In this document: piece after piece, positions 55,158 to 64,000 of the stretch | Layout: each line of letters begins with the position of its first letter | Position numbering within the stretch: the stretch's first letter is position 1 | From: a virus | DNA length: 64,000 nt | Strand: one strand, 5' to 3' | Virus record (IMG/VR): IMGVR_UViG_3300042988_001121 | Span: 96,001-160,000 of that record | Notes under the pieces: model-generated | Seen by the model: only the letters and a program-made list of their open reading frames with translations | What the model was told of the DNA's origin: nothing | The model's database searches: none | Made by a program: the position numbers and the translations under genes

Positions 55158-55859
55158 AAAAAAATTCTCGTATCCAGACAATACAGATTCATGTTGCTTG
55201 CCACATTTACGACATGTGTAGGATGCATTCAGTTTAACGGCAGGCATCTTGGCAATGAATTCTTCGATACCCTTACGTTGTCTACGTGAGATTGATTGAA
55301 TGAATTCCAATTTCTCGGCTCTGTTTTTATCCAGTATGTCATCTTCCGTTAAAACAGATTCAATGCAGTCAACAACAATTTCATCTGCATCTTTTCCTTC
55401 ACCAAGAGCAATGAAGTCATCAAGGCTCGGGTGATGCATCTTCACAAAATATTTTGTGTCGGTAATAGGAATCATCCCCATGTCTTTTGTTGGTGCTGGC
55501 TCAATGATTACGTCATCGATATTAACATGAAATTCTGTCTTAACAGGTGTTTCTTCGCAGTCACATTTACCGATCAATTCAACAATTTCACCAATTGATT
55601 TTGATCTGATTTTCAGAAAGATGTATTCTAGATCATAGTAAGGAATCTTGTTTGCATCAAGACCAGTGCAGATATTAACAATCTTTTTGATTGCGTTAAT
55701 GATGGTGTCAATGCTGTCGTCCTGTAATGCCAGAAGCAATGCTTTTTCTTCTTTGACCGTAAATGGTCTGTAAGAGATTTTTGCGCCTGTACTTGGTTGT
55801 GTCAGGGTATATGATGGTAAAAGTTCTTCACTCACTTTAATATTTTCCTTTATTGCCAA
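55152..55859 (-). CDS. 26: Baseplate hub assembly chaperone gp26
   Basis: YRPFTVKEEK.LL, DLEYIFLKIRSKSIGE, C..CG, L.G..NFF. Confidence 0.92.
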   Translation of the reverse strand: MAIKENIKVSEELLPSYTLTQPSTGAKISYRPFTVKEEKALLLALQDDSIDTIINAIKKIVNICTGLDANKIPYYDLEYIFLKIRSKSIGEIVELIGKCDCEETPVKTEFHVNIDDVIIEPAPTKDMGMIPITDTKYFVKMHHPSLDDFIALGEGKDADEIVVDCIESVLTEDDILDKNRAEKLEFIQSISRRQRKGIEEFIAKMPAVKLNASYTCRKCGKQHESVLSGYENFFL

Positions 55860-56530
55860 TATTCATCTGGTATGTTTTGGTAGTCACCAGCAAAGTTTCC
55901 TAGTTGATCGTATTGAGGTTCATTAGTGGCACTATAGCCCTCATCAGACTCTGTTGGTAACGTTTCGGAGTCTTTAACAGCGCCGCCATCAAACGTTTCA
56001 TCAGATTTCTTGATATCCATGTATGAGTAACAAAATTCTGTTGAGAATGTGCTTATCTGACCCATACCAGACCAATTTAATTCAATTTCGCTCAGAGTCT
56101 TCGGAAATGCATCTTTGAGTACATAGGTCATGATACTCTTGTCTTGCATGTTCTTGATGTTGACCTGTATCTCTGTTGAATAGTCGCTTGGATATCCGAA
56201 TGTTCTCTTTTTACTAACAATGAACTTCATCCATTTTTCAAAGAACATTCTGATATTCATCTGTTGATCGGCATAGAAAGACAATCTTACATCTGTCTTA
56301 TCTGCGTCATATACAAAATGTCGTTTCGTGTCAACATCAATATATTGATCATTTGTTGAAAACGAAATTCCCGGCACATTTGCATTAAAGCAAAATAGGT
56401 TGATGTATTTCTGTGTATCAGAAATGTCATTGTCGCCTTGCATACACGGAGGAACAGTAATACCTACCGAGAATAGATAAGGTCTTGATATATTACGTTC
56501 CCGTAATTCGTTTCTGAATTGTTCTAACAT
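55850..56530 (-). CDS. 54: Tail tube initiator gp54-like
   Basis: gp19-like fold pattern, FYAD....R.FFE.W, AFPK...I.L.W. Confidence 0.75.
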   Translation of the reverse strand: MLEQFRNELRERNISRPYLFSVGITVPPCMQGDNDISDTQKYINLFCFNANVPGISFSTNDQYIDVDTKRHFVYDADKTDVRLSFYADQQMNIRMFFEKWMKFIVSKKRTFGYPSDYSTEIQVNIKNMQDKSIMTYVLKDAFPKTLSEIELNWSGMGQISTFSTEFCYSYMDIKKSDETFDGGAVKDSETLPTESDEGYSATNEPQYDQLGNFAGDYQNIPDEYWQ

Positions 56531-56554
56531 TTTGTGTTGAATTGTCTATTTTTC

Positions 56555-56572
56555 TATTTAATGGATTAAATA
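56555..56572. promoter_or_regulatory. Divergent T4-type late promoters (TTAAATA on each strand)
   Basis: 56555-56561 (minus, gp54) and 56566-56572 (plus, gp48). Confidence 0.6.
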
Positions 56573-56593
56573 GTACAAACAAATATCTATGCT

Positions 56594-57559
56594 ATGTCAC
56601 AAAAGTTTTTATACTACCCTTCCAAATTAGCAGCATTAACATCATCGCCGGATACTGCATATACTATGTTCTATATCAATAGTGATGTTCGCGCATCTAA
56701 ATTGAAGAACGATAAGAGTATGGGTGACGTATATGTTGATGCTTCGACCACAAGAACCAGTGCCCAAGATTCTTTTTCTTCTGACGGTTCAAACGGTTAT
56801 GGTAATTCTATTATCAGAAATAAAGAAGATGATCCTGCTCTGAGTATCAAGGATACAGAAAATCGCAATCTTAGATTCAAGAAGCAAGATAACATGACTC
56901 GATTGGATAGAGCTATTGTTCTTCCGATGCCATCCAATCTGATTTTCAACGATTCTGTTCACTACGGGGAAGAACCAGCAAACCTTCTGTCACTGACAAT
57001 GGACACTGGCGCTGATCTTATTCAGGGTGGCAATAGACTCGCAAAGGCTGGTAATATTGCAACAGCAATTGCTGCATCTTATGCCGCATCAAACAGTAAA
57101 ACAGGAACCGCCGCCAATTCTTATTTGAAGGCAGAAAGAAAAGTTTTCAACCCGCGAAAAGAACAAGTATTCAATAACGTCGATTTTCGGACATTCAATT
57201 TTCAGTATACGTTTTCACCAACTTCTCGTGCCGAGGCAGATTCAGTTCAAGAAATCATCAAGTCGTTCAGATATTATTCCATGCCATTCATGGACAGTTC
57301 AAAATTGTTCTATTTGACTCCGGCTGAATTTGTTATCAATTTCATGTTGGGGTCAGGCACTAACACAGCCATTCCAAGAATCATGACTTCTGTTCTCACG
57401 AATGTAACAACAAATTTGACTCCGAACAATCAGTGGGCAAATTTCGAGAATGGGTTTCCGCCATTCATCGATTTCGTGTTGACGTTCAAAGAATTGGAAA
57501 CTCTTAACAGGGATCGTATTGAGGCTCCTGACGGTATGAAAGATGCAGGTGGATACTAA
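56594..57559 (+). CDS. 48: Baseplate tail tube cap gp48
   Basis: LPMP, NPRKEQ.F..VDFRTF.F.Y.F.P, L.F.E...L.R. Confidence 0.88.
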   Translation: MSQKFLYYPSKLAALTSSPDTAYTMFYINSDVRASKLKNDKSMGDVYVDASTTRTSAQDSFSSDGSNGYGNSIIRNKEDDPALSIKDTENRNLRFKKQDNMTRLDRAIVLPMPSNLIFNDSVHYGEEPANLLSLTMDTGADLIQGGNRLAKAGNIATAIAASYAASNSKTGTAANSYLKAERKVFNPRKEQVFNNVDFRTFNFQYTFSPTSRAEADSVQEIIKSFRYYSMPFMDSSKLFYLTPAEFVINFMLGSGTNTAIPRIMTSVLTNVTTNLTPNNQWANFENGFPPFIDFVLTFKELETLNRDRIEAPDGMKDAGGY

Positions 57560-58089
57560 TGAATTACTTTAATCAGTTTCCTCTCATTCAATATGACTTC
57601 GATGGCGTTAGTCATGTACTAACGGATATCTTTCGTAGATCGCGTTTAAACCCCATATACGAGGATTTGACCGATATGTATACCACATACTCAGTCAATG
57701 ACGGAGAAACGCCAGAAGACGTTTCTATGCGGTTCTATAAGACTCCTGATCTACATTGGGTGATACTTGTGATCAACAAGATTATCAACCCATATACAGA
57801 TTGGGTTCAACCAGAACATGTGATTGAAGAAATTGCCAAAGAGAAATATGGCGATGACTATCAGAAAACTTGGTACTACGAAGATTCTGATGGCGATGTT
57901 GTATCTGTGATCAAGGAATATAAGAAGGGCGCTGTCTGGACTTCTCCTACTGATACAGGAAATCACCTTGCAGTTACTTTTTTGGATCATGAGCTTAGAC
58001 TGAATGAAAAGCGCCGAGAAATAAAGATTCTTAGGGTTGAGTTGGTCACTGATTTCATTTCTGAATATATACGGACAATCAGAAGATGA
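57559..58089 (+). CDS. 53: Baseplate wedge gp53 (LysM-like)
   Basis: YF.QFP...Y, GETPE.VS..FY..PDLHWVIL, NE.RR.IK. Confidence 0.92.
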   Translation: MNYFNQFPLIQYDFDGVSHVLTDIFRRSRLNPIYEDLTDMYTTYSVNDGETPEDVSMRFYKTPDLHWVILVINKIINPYTDWVQPEHVIEEIAKEKYGDDYQKTWYYEDSDGDVVSVIKEYKKGAVWTSPTDTGNHLAVTFLDHELRLNEKRREIKILRVELVTDFISEYIRTIRR

Positions 58090-59351
58090 GCGAAGTCATT
58101 TCAAGTAATGCTGTTGCGTTTCCGGGTGAAGTTAATATATCAAAAGCCGACTTGATTACTCATGCCGGGGTAAGAATTGATATAACAGGGATCATTCAGC
58201 AATTCAATATATTTGAAGACCTCTATTCAAATTATTTGACCTGTACAATTATTATTTCTGATGCTGTTGGTCTGTTTTCAATGTCTCCTTTAATTGGACA
58301 GGAACTGATTGATATTGAACTACAGACTCCTTCTTTAAAAGAAACTCTCAACAAGACCTTCTATATTCATAAGTTGGATGACCGTCAGTTTGAGGGAGCC
58401 AGAGTACAGACATATAGTTTACATTGCTGTAGTCGCGAAGCCGTTGTATCGAGTAATCTGAAAATATCAAGATCATTCAAAGATAAGCCTATTTCAGAAC
58501 ATGTCGCTGATATCTTTCAAAAAGATTTACAGTCAGAGACTTTGTGTTATGTCGAAGATACTAGCAATAATTTTAAATTTATTGCACCGTATTGGTCGCC
58601 ATTCGAAACAATCAACTGGTTATCTAATAGAGCATTGAATGCGAATGAGAATGCTGGATTTCTGTTCTTTGAAACGAATCAAAGTTACGAATTCACATCA
58701 CTTGAAATGTTGATGGGAGCCAATCCAGCACATACGTACATCTATGCAGATCAGAGTGGAAGAACATCTAGTAACAACTTGAATGAAGATATCAAGTATT
58801 CGTTTGTTGAATCTATGTATACGGACGTTGGGTTTGATTACTTCCGTAGATTGCATCAGGGCGCATATGCAAGTAAGGTAACGACATTTGATATGACCCT
58901 GAAAACTTTTGCTTCAACTGATTACGATTATGTACGTGATTTCAATAAAACAATGCATTTGGATGATTATCCATTGACTTCATCGACATTGGTGCGCTCA
59001 AGAATAGCACATCAATATTTTGTTACAAAGAATAACTATCTATTTGGTGATAAATTTGATCAGGGGCATAGAAATTGGTTGCTATCAAGAAATGCGCTCT
59101 ACCAACAAACATTCATGCACAAGATCAATCTTCGGGTTATCGGAAGATTTGATATTAAGGTAGGTAATGTCATTAAGTTGAAGATCAATGATTTTCGGGC
59201 GTTTGGTGAACAGGAATCTACTGAGATAGAGGATGATATGTATACCGGTCGTTATCTTGTTACGGCTATCAGACATATCATTGCTGCCAATAAGCATACC
59301 ATGTACCTTGAAGTCATCAAGGATTCCTTTACAGTTAATTTGGATGAGTGA
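58086..59351 (+). CDS. 27: Baseplate hub gp27-like
   Basis: Position between gp53 and gp5; P.WSPF..I.WL, FLFFET, G.YLV..IRH. Confidence 0.75.
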   Translation: MSEVISSNAVAFPGEVNISKADLITHAGVRIDITGIIQQFNIFEDLYSNYLTCTIIISDAVGLFSMSPLIGQELIDIELQTPSLKETLNKTFYIHKLDDRQFEGARVQTYSLHCCSREAVVSSNLKISRSFKDKPISEHVADIFQKDLQSETLCYVEDTSNNFKFIAPYWSPFETINWLSNRALNANENAGFLFFETNQSYEFTSLEMLMGANPAHTYIYADQSGRTSSNNLNEDIKYSFVESMYTDVGFDYFRRLHQGAYASKVTTFDMTLKTFASTDYDYVRDFNKTMHLDDYPLTSSTLVRSRIAHQYFVTKNNYLFGDKFDQGHRNWLLSRNALYQQTFMHKINLRVIGRFDIKVGNVIKLKINDFRAFGEQESTEIEDDMYTGRYLVTAIRHIIAANKHTMYLEVIKDSFTVNLDE

Positions 59352-61843
59352 TGTTTCAAAATTTTTATCAAGCAATTGTTGAATCAAGAAAAGACCCACT
59401 GAAATTGGGTCGCTGTCAGGTGCGCGTTTTTGGAGTTCATACCGAATCGCTGACCCTTATTCCAACAGAAGATTTGCCTTGGGCAACCATTTTGATGCCT
59501 CCTACCAGTGCCTCTATTTCTGGTATAGGAAACTCACCAACAGGTTTGGTTGAAGGTTCATTGGTCATGGTTGTTTTCCTTGATGGCGAATCGAAACAAC
59601 AGCCAATGATTGTTGGTAGCGTTCATGGAATCCCTCAGAAGAAAAATGCTTTCTCTGCGGCAGAGAATGATGGTACAACCACAGAATCGGAATCTCCTAC
59701 ACAACCAGATCAAACCGATTCTAATGTAGATACACAGAAAGCAGAAGAAACGCCAACAGAAACAGGTGATTGTTGCAGTAGCGTTGATAGTTCTGCGATG
59801 GTCGCTAAATTTGGCTCCAATGTTACTACTGTCTGTGAGACTTTATGTGCATATGGTATTAAGAATCCGTATGCAGTTGTTGCTATATTGGCTAACGTGG
59901 CAAAGGAATGTGGATTCAAACCTCAAAGAGAATCCATGAAATATAGTAGTGCTGATAGACTACGCGCTATTTTTCCGAGCAAGTTCAATTCAATGTCTGA
60001 TACCGATATTCAGAAATATGTCAACAATGAACAGACTCTTGCTAATTACGTTTATTCGAATCGTGAAGGGAATGGTGACGCAGCATCCGGTGACGGATAC
60101 AAATATCGTGGCGGTGGTCTAATTCAACTTACATTCAAAAACAATTATATTTCTATTGGTAGTAAAATTGGCGTCGATTTAGCTGCCAATCCAGATAAAG
60201 TCAATGATCCTTCTATTGCAGCAAAGGTTGTTGCTCAGTATATGATCAATCGCTATGGCGGGGCAGGTAGATTGAATTTCAGTGATCTGAACACGGCTCT
60301 ATCTGATGTAACACGTAAAATAAATCCGGGCGGCGTTGATAACGATCTTCCGAAGGTCACTTCATATGCGTCTTTGTGTTCTGTTATTGGTGATCCATCA
60401 ACAAAGAAAGCTGCTGACAAGGAATTGGCTAAGACTGTTCCGGCAGGTCAAGTTAAGCCGGACGGTACTATTTCTGATGGCATACCTGATAGTCATAAGA
60501 CCAATGATGATATGGGTTTCAAAGACCCAAATAATGTTTACCCGCTAGAAGATTTTCTGAAGGAACCTGATGTAAATCGACTTGCACGAAGAATTACTAA
60601 GATGACTCCGGTCGAGGTAAAACGAAATAATCGTAGAAAGTCTATCAAGTCAGTTGACTCCGAATTCTTTGAGCCACCTATTCCTTATAATGCCAAATAT
60701 CCTTACAATCACGTAAGGTTTTCGGAGAGTGGTCATTTAGAAGAAGTTGATGATACGCCTAGTGCAGAAAGATTGCATTGGTATCATACCGCAGGAACAT
60801 ATCAAGAAATTGATGCTCATGGTACTCGGGTCAATAAAATTGTTGGTGATGACTTTACGATTATTGAACGGAATGGTTACGTCTATGTTGATGGCGTCAT
60901 AAGACTCACTACCGGCTCTCATGCCAAATTGCTGATTCAAGGTAATATGGACGTTCGAGTAAACGGTGATTTGACATATGATGTTGGCGGTGATATTAAA
61001 ATGTCTGCTGCTGGCTCTGTTAATTTTACTGCTGGATCAGAAACACACATTTATTCGGGCGGTTCTGTTAACGTACAGGGGTCTGGTGTTTATTGGCAAT
61101 CTGGTACAGCTAAGGGGTATGGTGCTTCTGCTGGTACAGCAAATGATAATGATTATCCTTTCCAACAAAATGAGACTGCTGAAGATCAGGAAGTCATTGA
61201 TTTGGATGATGCCGATGAAGAAGAAGTTACTGCGGCAAGAGAAAAGGCTATCAAGGAAGGTAAGATAACTCAGGCAGAAGTTGATGAAGCCAAAAATGTT
61301 GAGTCAACCCAAGAGGATACAAAGGAGCCTGATGTAAATATCGATGCATATCCTGCGTCTTGTTCTGCCTTCATCAATAAATCTGATATACCTTCTAGTA
61401 TAAAACTGAGTCAATATTTTACATTAGGCTCATTAACAGAATCTGTTGTGTTTAGTCATACAGTTGTACCAAACCTCGGTAAGACCAAGGGTGAAATTGT
61501 ATGTAACTTAAAGCAATTGGCAGAGAATTGTTTGGACAAGATAAAATCGAAATATCCAAATATGATGGTCACTTGTACATTCAGACCTAACTCAAATACA
61601 AGCCAGCATAATATAGGTCAGGCAGCGGATATTCAATTTACTGGCGCAAGTAAGGCAGAATATTTTGAAATTGCTAAATGGATTAAATCCAATGTGTTGT
61701 TTGATCAGCTTTTGTTGGAATATAAAACAACTGGAACGAAATTACCTTGGATACATATTAGCTACACAGAGTCACCGAGAAGACAGGTAATGACTTTCTT
61801 GAACAACACAAAATACGCAGACGGTTTGCATAGGATTGAATAA
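59348..61843 (+). CDS. 5: gp5 spike: OB-fold, GH19 glycosidase, beta-helix and C-terminal peptidase M15
   Basis: DPL.LGRCQVR; GDG.KYRGGGLIQLT; YPYNHV..SESGH; SQH..GQAAD...WIHISY. Confidence 0.9.
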   Translation: MMFQNFYQAIVESRKDPLKLGRCQVRVFGVHTESLTLIPTEDLPWATILMPPTSASISGIGNSPTGLVEGSLVMVVFLDGESKQQPMIVGSVHGIPQKKNAFSAAENDGTTTESESPTQPDQTDSNVDTQKAEETPTETGDCCSSVDSSAMVAKFGSNVTTVCETLCAYGIKNPYAVVAILANVAKECGFKPQRESMKYSSADRLRAIFPSKFNSMSDTDIQKYVNNEQTLANYVYSNREGNGDAASGDGYKYRGGGLIQLTFKNNYISIGSKIGVDLAANPDKVNDPSIAAKVVAQYMINRYGGAGRLNFSDLNTALSDVTRKINPGGVDNDLPKVTSYASLCSVIGDPSTKKAADKELAKTVPAGQVKPDGTISDGIPDSHKTNDDMGFKDPNNVYPLEDFLKEPDVNRLARRITKMTPVEVKRNNRRKSIKSVDSEFFEPPIPYNAKYPYNHVRFSESGHLEEVDDTPSAERLHWYHTAGTYQEIDAHGTRVNKIVGDDFTIIERNGYVYVDGVIRLTTGSHAKLLIQGNMDVRVNGDLTYDVGGDIKMSAAGSVNFTAGSETHIYSGGSVNVQGSGVYWQSGTAKGYGASAGTANDNDYPFQQNETAEDQEVIDLDDADEEEVTAAREKAIKEGKITQAEVDEAKNVESTQEDTKEPDVNIDAYPASCSAFINKSDIPSSIKLSQYFTLGSLTESVVFSHTVVPNLGKTKGEIVCNLKQLAENCLDKIKSKYPNMMVTCTFRPNSNTSQHNIGQAADIQFTGASKAEYFEIAKWIKSNVLFDQLLLEYKTTGTKLPWIHISYTESPRRQVMTFLNNTKYADGLHRIE

Positions 61844-62241
61844 TGCCAACAATAACAAAAGAAGTACGGGAATATAAAGACATTGCCTTTATGATGGAAA
61901 GCCATCCCCTTTCAGGGGAGATTGTCACCAAGAAAAATGCAGAGGCTATTAAACAGAGCATTCGCAATCTATTACTTACCAGAAAGGGAAGTCGTAAATT
62001 TGATCCAGAGTTTGGTTCACCGATATACGAATTTCTTTTTGAGAATTTCACTGGCGCAGCCATCTATGCATGTAGAACACAAATAGCAAGCATGCTAGGT
62101 AAATATGAACCTCGATTTTCTGTGAGAAAGGTTGATATCACGTCTCCTTCTCCGAATACAATAAATATAGAGATTGAGGGTCTTATTGTCAATACAACCA
62201 GACCAATCACAATAACACTTCTTGTTGATAGATTGCGGTAA
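61843..62241 (+). CDS. 25: Baseplate wedge gp25
   Basis: AIKQSIRNLLLT.KG.R.F.PEFGS, YEPR. Confidence 0.93.
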   Translation: MPTITKEVREYKDIAFMMESHPLSGEIVTKKNAEAIKQSIRNLLLTRKGSRKFDPEFGSPIYEFLFENFTGAAIYACRTQIASMLGKYEPRFSVRKVDITSPSPNTINIEIEGLIVNTTRPITITLLVDRLR

Positions 62242-62242
62242 A

Positions 62243-64000
62243 ATGACTCCAGCAAAACAATACACTTCCCTTGATTTCGATGTAATTAAACAAAGCATCA
62301 TTGATAATTTTAAGAGCGATCCTACATTTACGGATTACGATTTTAGTGGCAGTGCAATAAACACACTTATTGAGATTCTTGCATATAACCAGCATTACCA
62401 CGCGGTATATGCAAATGCTGTTCAGAATGAAATGTTTCTTGACACGGCGCAGACAAGAAACTCGGTCGTCAGTAAGGCAAAGGAATTGGGATATATTCCT
62501 CGTTCTGTTGTGGCCTCAACTGCATTTGTCAACCTTACATGCAACAATGTAAATCAAAACGTTACTTCTCTTTTACTCCCTCGTGGTACTCAATTTAAAT
62601 CATCCAATGATTCTGGTGATCAAAAATTTGTTGTTGCTAAAGATGTGTATTCATCTATGGTCGGCGGAGTATTCAGATTCAATGATGTTGAATTGAAAGA
62701 GGGTAAACTCGTTGAGAATGTATTTTTGATCGAGAATGGACAGAAAACAATAACTATACCTAACCAGAATATTGACACCACAACAATAGTCATGAAGATT
62801 AAACCTTCATCTGATACTAATGTTGCTTGGGTTGAGTATTTTGATGCACGTAGTTTTTCTACTATTGATGGCGCTTCGCATGCATTCTTTCTTCAAGAAG
62901 GATATGACGGAAAATACCAGATTTATTTTGGTGACGATATTTTTGGTAAATCCATTCAGGATGGAAATGTAATCAACGTAAGCTATGTGGCTAGTACAGG
63001 AGTTGCTGGTAATCAGTGTAAAGTATTTGCTCTTGCTGGTAGTATTACGAATGTTGGTTCTGTTACGGTTAGTACAATCATGGCGGCATCCGGTGGTAGT
63101 GCAAGAGAGACAATTGACTCGATCAAATTCTATGCTCCTTTGCAATATCAGTCTCAAAATCGATCTGTAACAAAAAACGATTTCCTTGTTGCTATTAAGA
63201 ATGAGGTTCCTTATATTCGATCTGTGAGTGTTTGGGGCGGAGAAGAAAATGATCCTCCGATGTACGGTAAGGTTTTCTGCTCTTTGAATGCAGAAACAGG
63301 GTATGCGATTACTGATAGTGTTAAAGAAAACATCATAAAGCCTTTGATTCGTAAGAAATCTAGTATCACCGTCATACCTGAAATTATTGACCCTGATTAT
63401 TTGTTTATCTCAATTCAGACAAGAGTGAAGATCAACCGCAGTAAGATGGTTGGTAGTTACTCTGACATGATTACTTCTGTGTCAAATTCCATCATTCAGT
63501 ATTTTGCCAATGACGTTGAAGAATTCGGTAAAGAATTTTATCTGAGTTCTGTTATGGATAAAATTGGAGCTATCAATTCTTCTGTCATTTCCAATAAAAC
63601 AGATTTTGTTGTACACAAAAGGTTTATTCCGACACTAAGAACAGCTAATAGAATTCAGACTTCATTTGGATCAGCAATAAAAGAAATTTGGTCAAATACA
63701 TTTTTTGTTATGGTAAATGGAACATTGACTAAATGTAGATTTGTTGATGACGGTATTGGTGGTATTGATTTGGTCAATTCTGCTGGTGAAGTTATATACG
63801 CTTCAATTGGTACAGTGTCATATTCTACCGGTAAAATAGATTTGGTATCCGAGGTTTATTCATTAAATAATCAACAAGTCTATATCAACGTGTATGCGCG
63901 TTTTCTGGATACAGACATTAAACCAATTCGTAATCAAATGATATTTCTTTCTGGTCAGCCAGTTAATGTTATTACTGGTGATATCGCTGGTCTTGAAATT
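62243..64000 (+). CDS. 6: Baseplate wedge gp6 (partial, runs off the window)
   Basis: LDFD.IK, FTDYDFSGS, EMFLDTAQ.R.SVVS.AKELGY.PRS, VSVWGGEENDPP.YGKV. Confidence 0.93.
   Translation, partial: MTPAKQYTSLDFDVIKQSIIDNFKSDPTFTDYDFSGSAINTLIEILAYNQHYHAVYANAVQNEMFLDTAQTRNSVVSKAKELGYIPRSVVASTAFVNLTCNNVNQNVTSLLLPRGTQFKSSNDSGDQKFVVAKDVYSSMVGGVFRFNDVELKEGKLVENVFLIENGQKTITIPNQNIDTTTIVMKIKPSSDTNVAWVEYFDARSFSTIDGASHAFFLQEGYDGKYQIYFGDDIFGKSIQDGNVINVSYVASTGVAGNQCKVFALAGSITNVGSVTVSTIMAASGGSARETIDSIKFYAPLQYQSQNRSVTKNDFLVAIKNEVPYIRSVSVWGGEENDPPMYGKVFCSLNAETGYAITDSVKENIIKPLIRKKSSITVIPEIIDPDYLFISIQTRVKINRSKMVGSYSDMITSVSNSIIQYFANDVEEFGKEFYLSSVMDKIGAINSSVISNKTDFVVHKRFIPTLRTANRIQTSFGSAIKEIWSNTFFVMVNGTLTKCRFVDDGIGGIDLVNSAGEVIYASIGTVSYSTGKIDLVSEVYSLNNQQVYINVYARFLDTDIKPIRNQMIFLSGQPVNVITGDIAGLEI

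Noticed and set aside
59085-63170. Small ORFs in the baseplate block (e.g. 61758-62063, 62807-63157, 62985-63170)
   Set aside because: They overlap gp27, gp5, gp25 and gp6. The real frame from 62243 is gp6, missing from the track because it has no stop in the window.
1-64000. CRISPR array, tRNA or rRNA genes
   Set aside because: No regularly spaced repeat-spacer units; the promoter and junction repeats are separated by whole genes. No cloverleaf with T-loop GTTCRA and no rRNA-like sequence was seen.
1-64000. Stop-codon reassignment (TAG read-through)
   Set aside because: Long core genes (topoisomerase, gp5, gp46, gp6) are intact under the standard code. The TAG at 26381-26383 is explained by the element junction.

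Overview
This is a 64-kb segment of a large, AT-rich T4-like myophage genome. The right third is T4-type core. It holds a single-chain type II topoisomerase, gp59, gp33, RNase H, gp46/47, gp55, gp2, gp4, gp51/26 and gp54, followed by a + strand baseplate block (gp48, 53, 27, 5, 25 and a partial gp6). The left two-thirds is a minus-strand accessory region of small genes, each module led by a repeated early promoter (TCTACA-N16/18-TGnTACAAT). It encodes DNA ligase, an NAD+ salvage pair (NAMPT plus NMNAT-Nudix), an RNA ligase, an ADP-ribosyltransferase, a DenV-like glycosylase and dCMP deaminase. It also carries a dispersed set of NDP-heptose-like sugar enzymes. Three catalytically intact TnpB elements are present: one IS605-type, one full IS607 and one IS607-like tnpB-only element. 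Each splits a phage gene, and the gene can be rejoined in frame by removing the element. At least three densely base-paired non-coding regions look like structured RNAs (23.1-23.4, 46.5-46.7 and 53.3-53.8 kb). There is a probable gp26/gp51 -1 frameshift and a gene-cassette array joined by a 14-bp RBS/stop/start repeat. No tRNA, rRNA or CRISPR array was seen. Family assignments come from motif recognition only; no database search was run.
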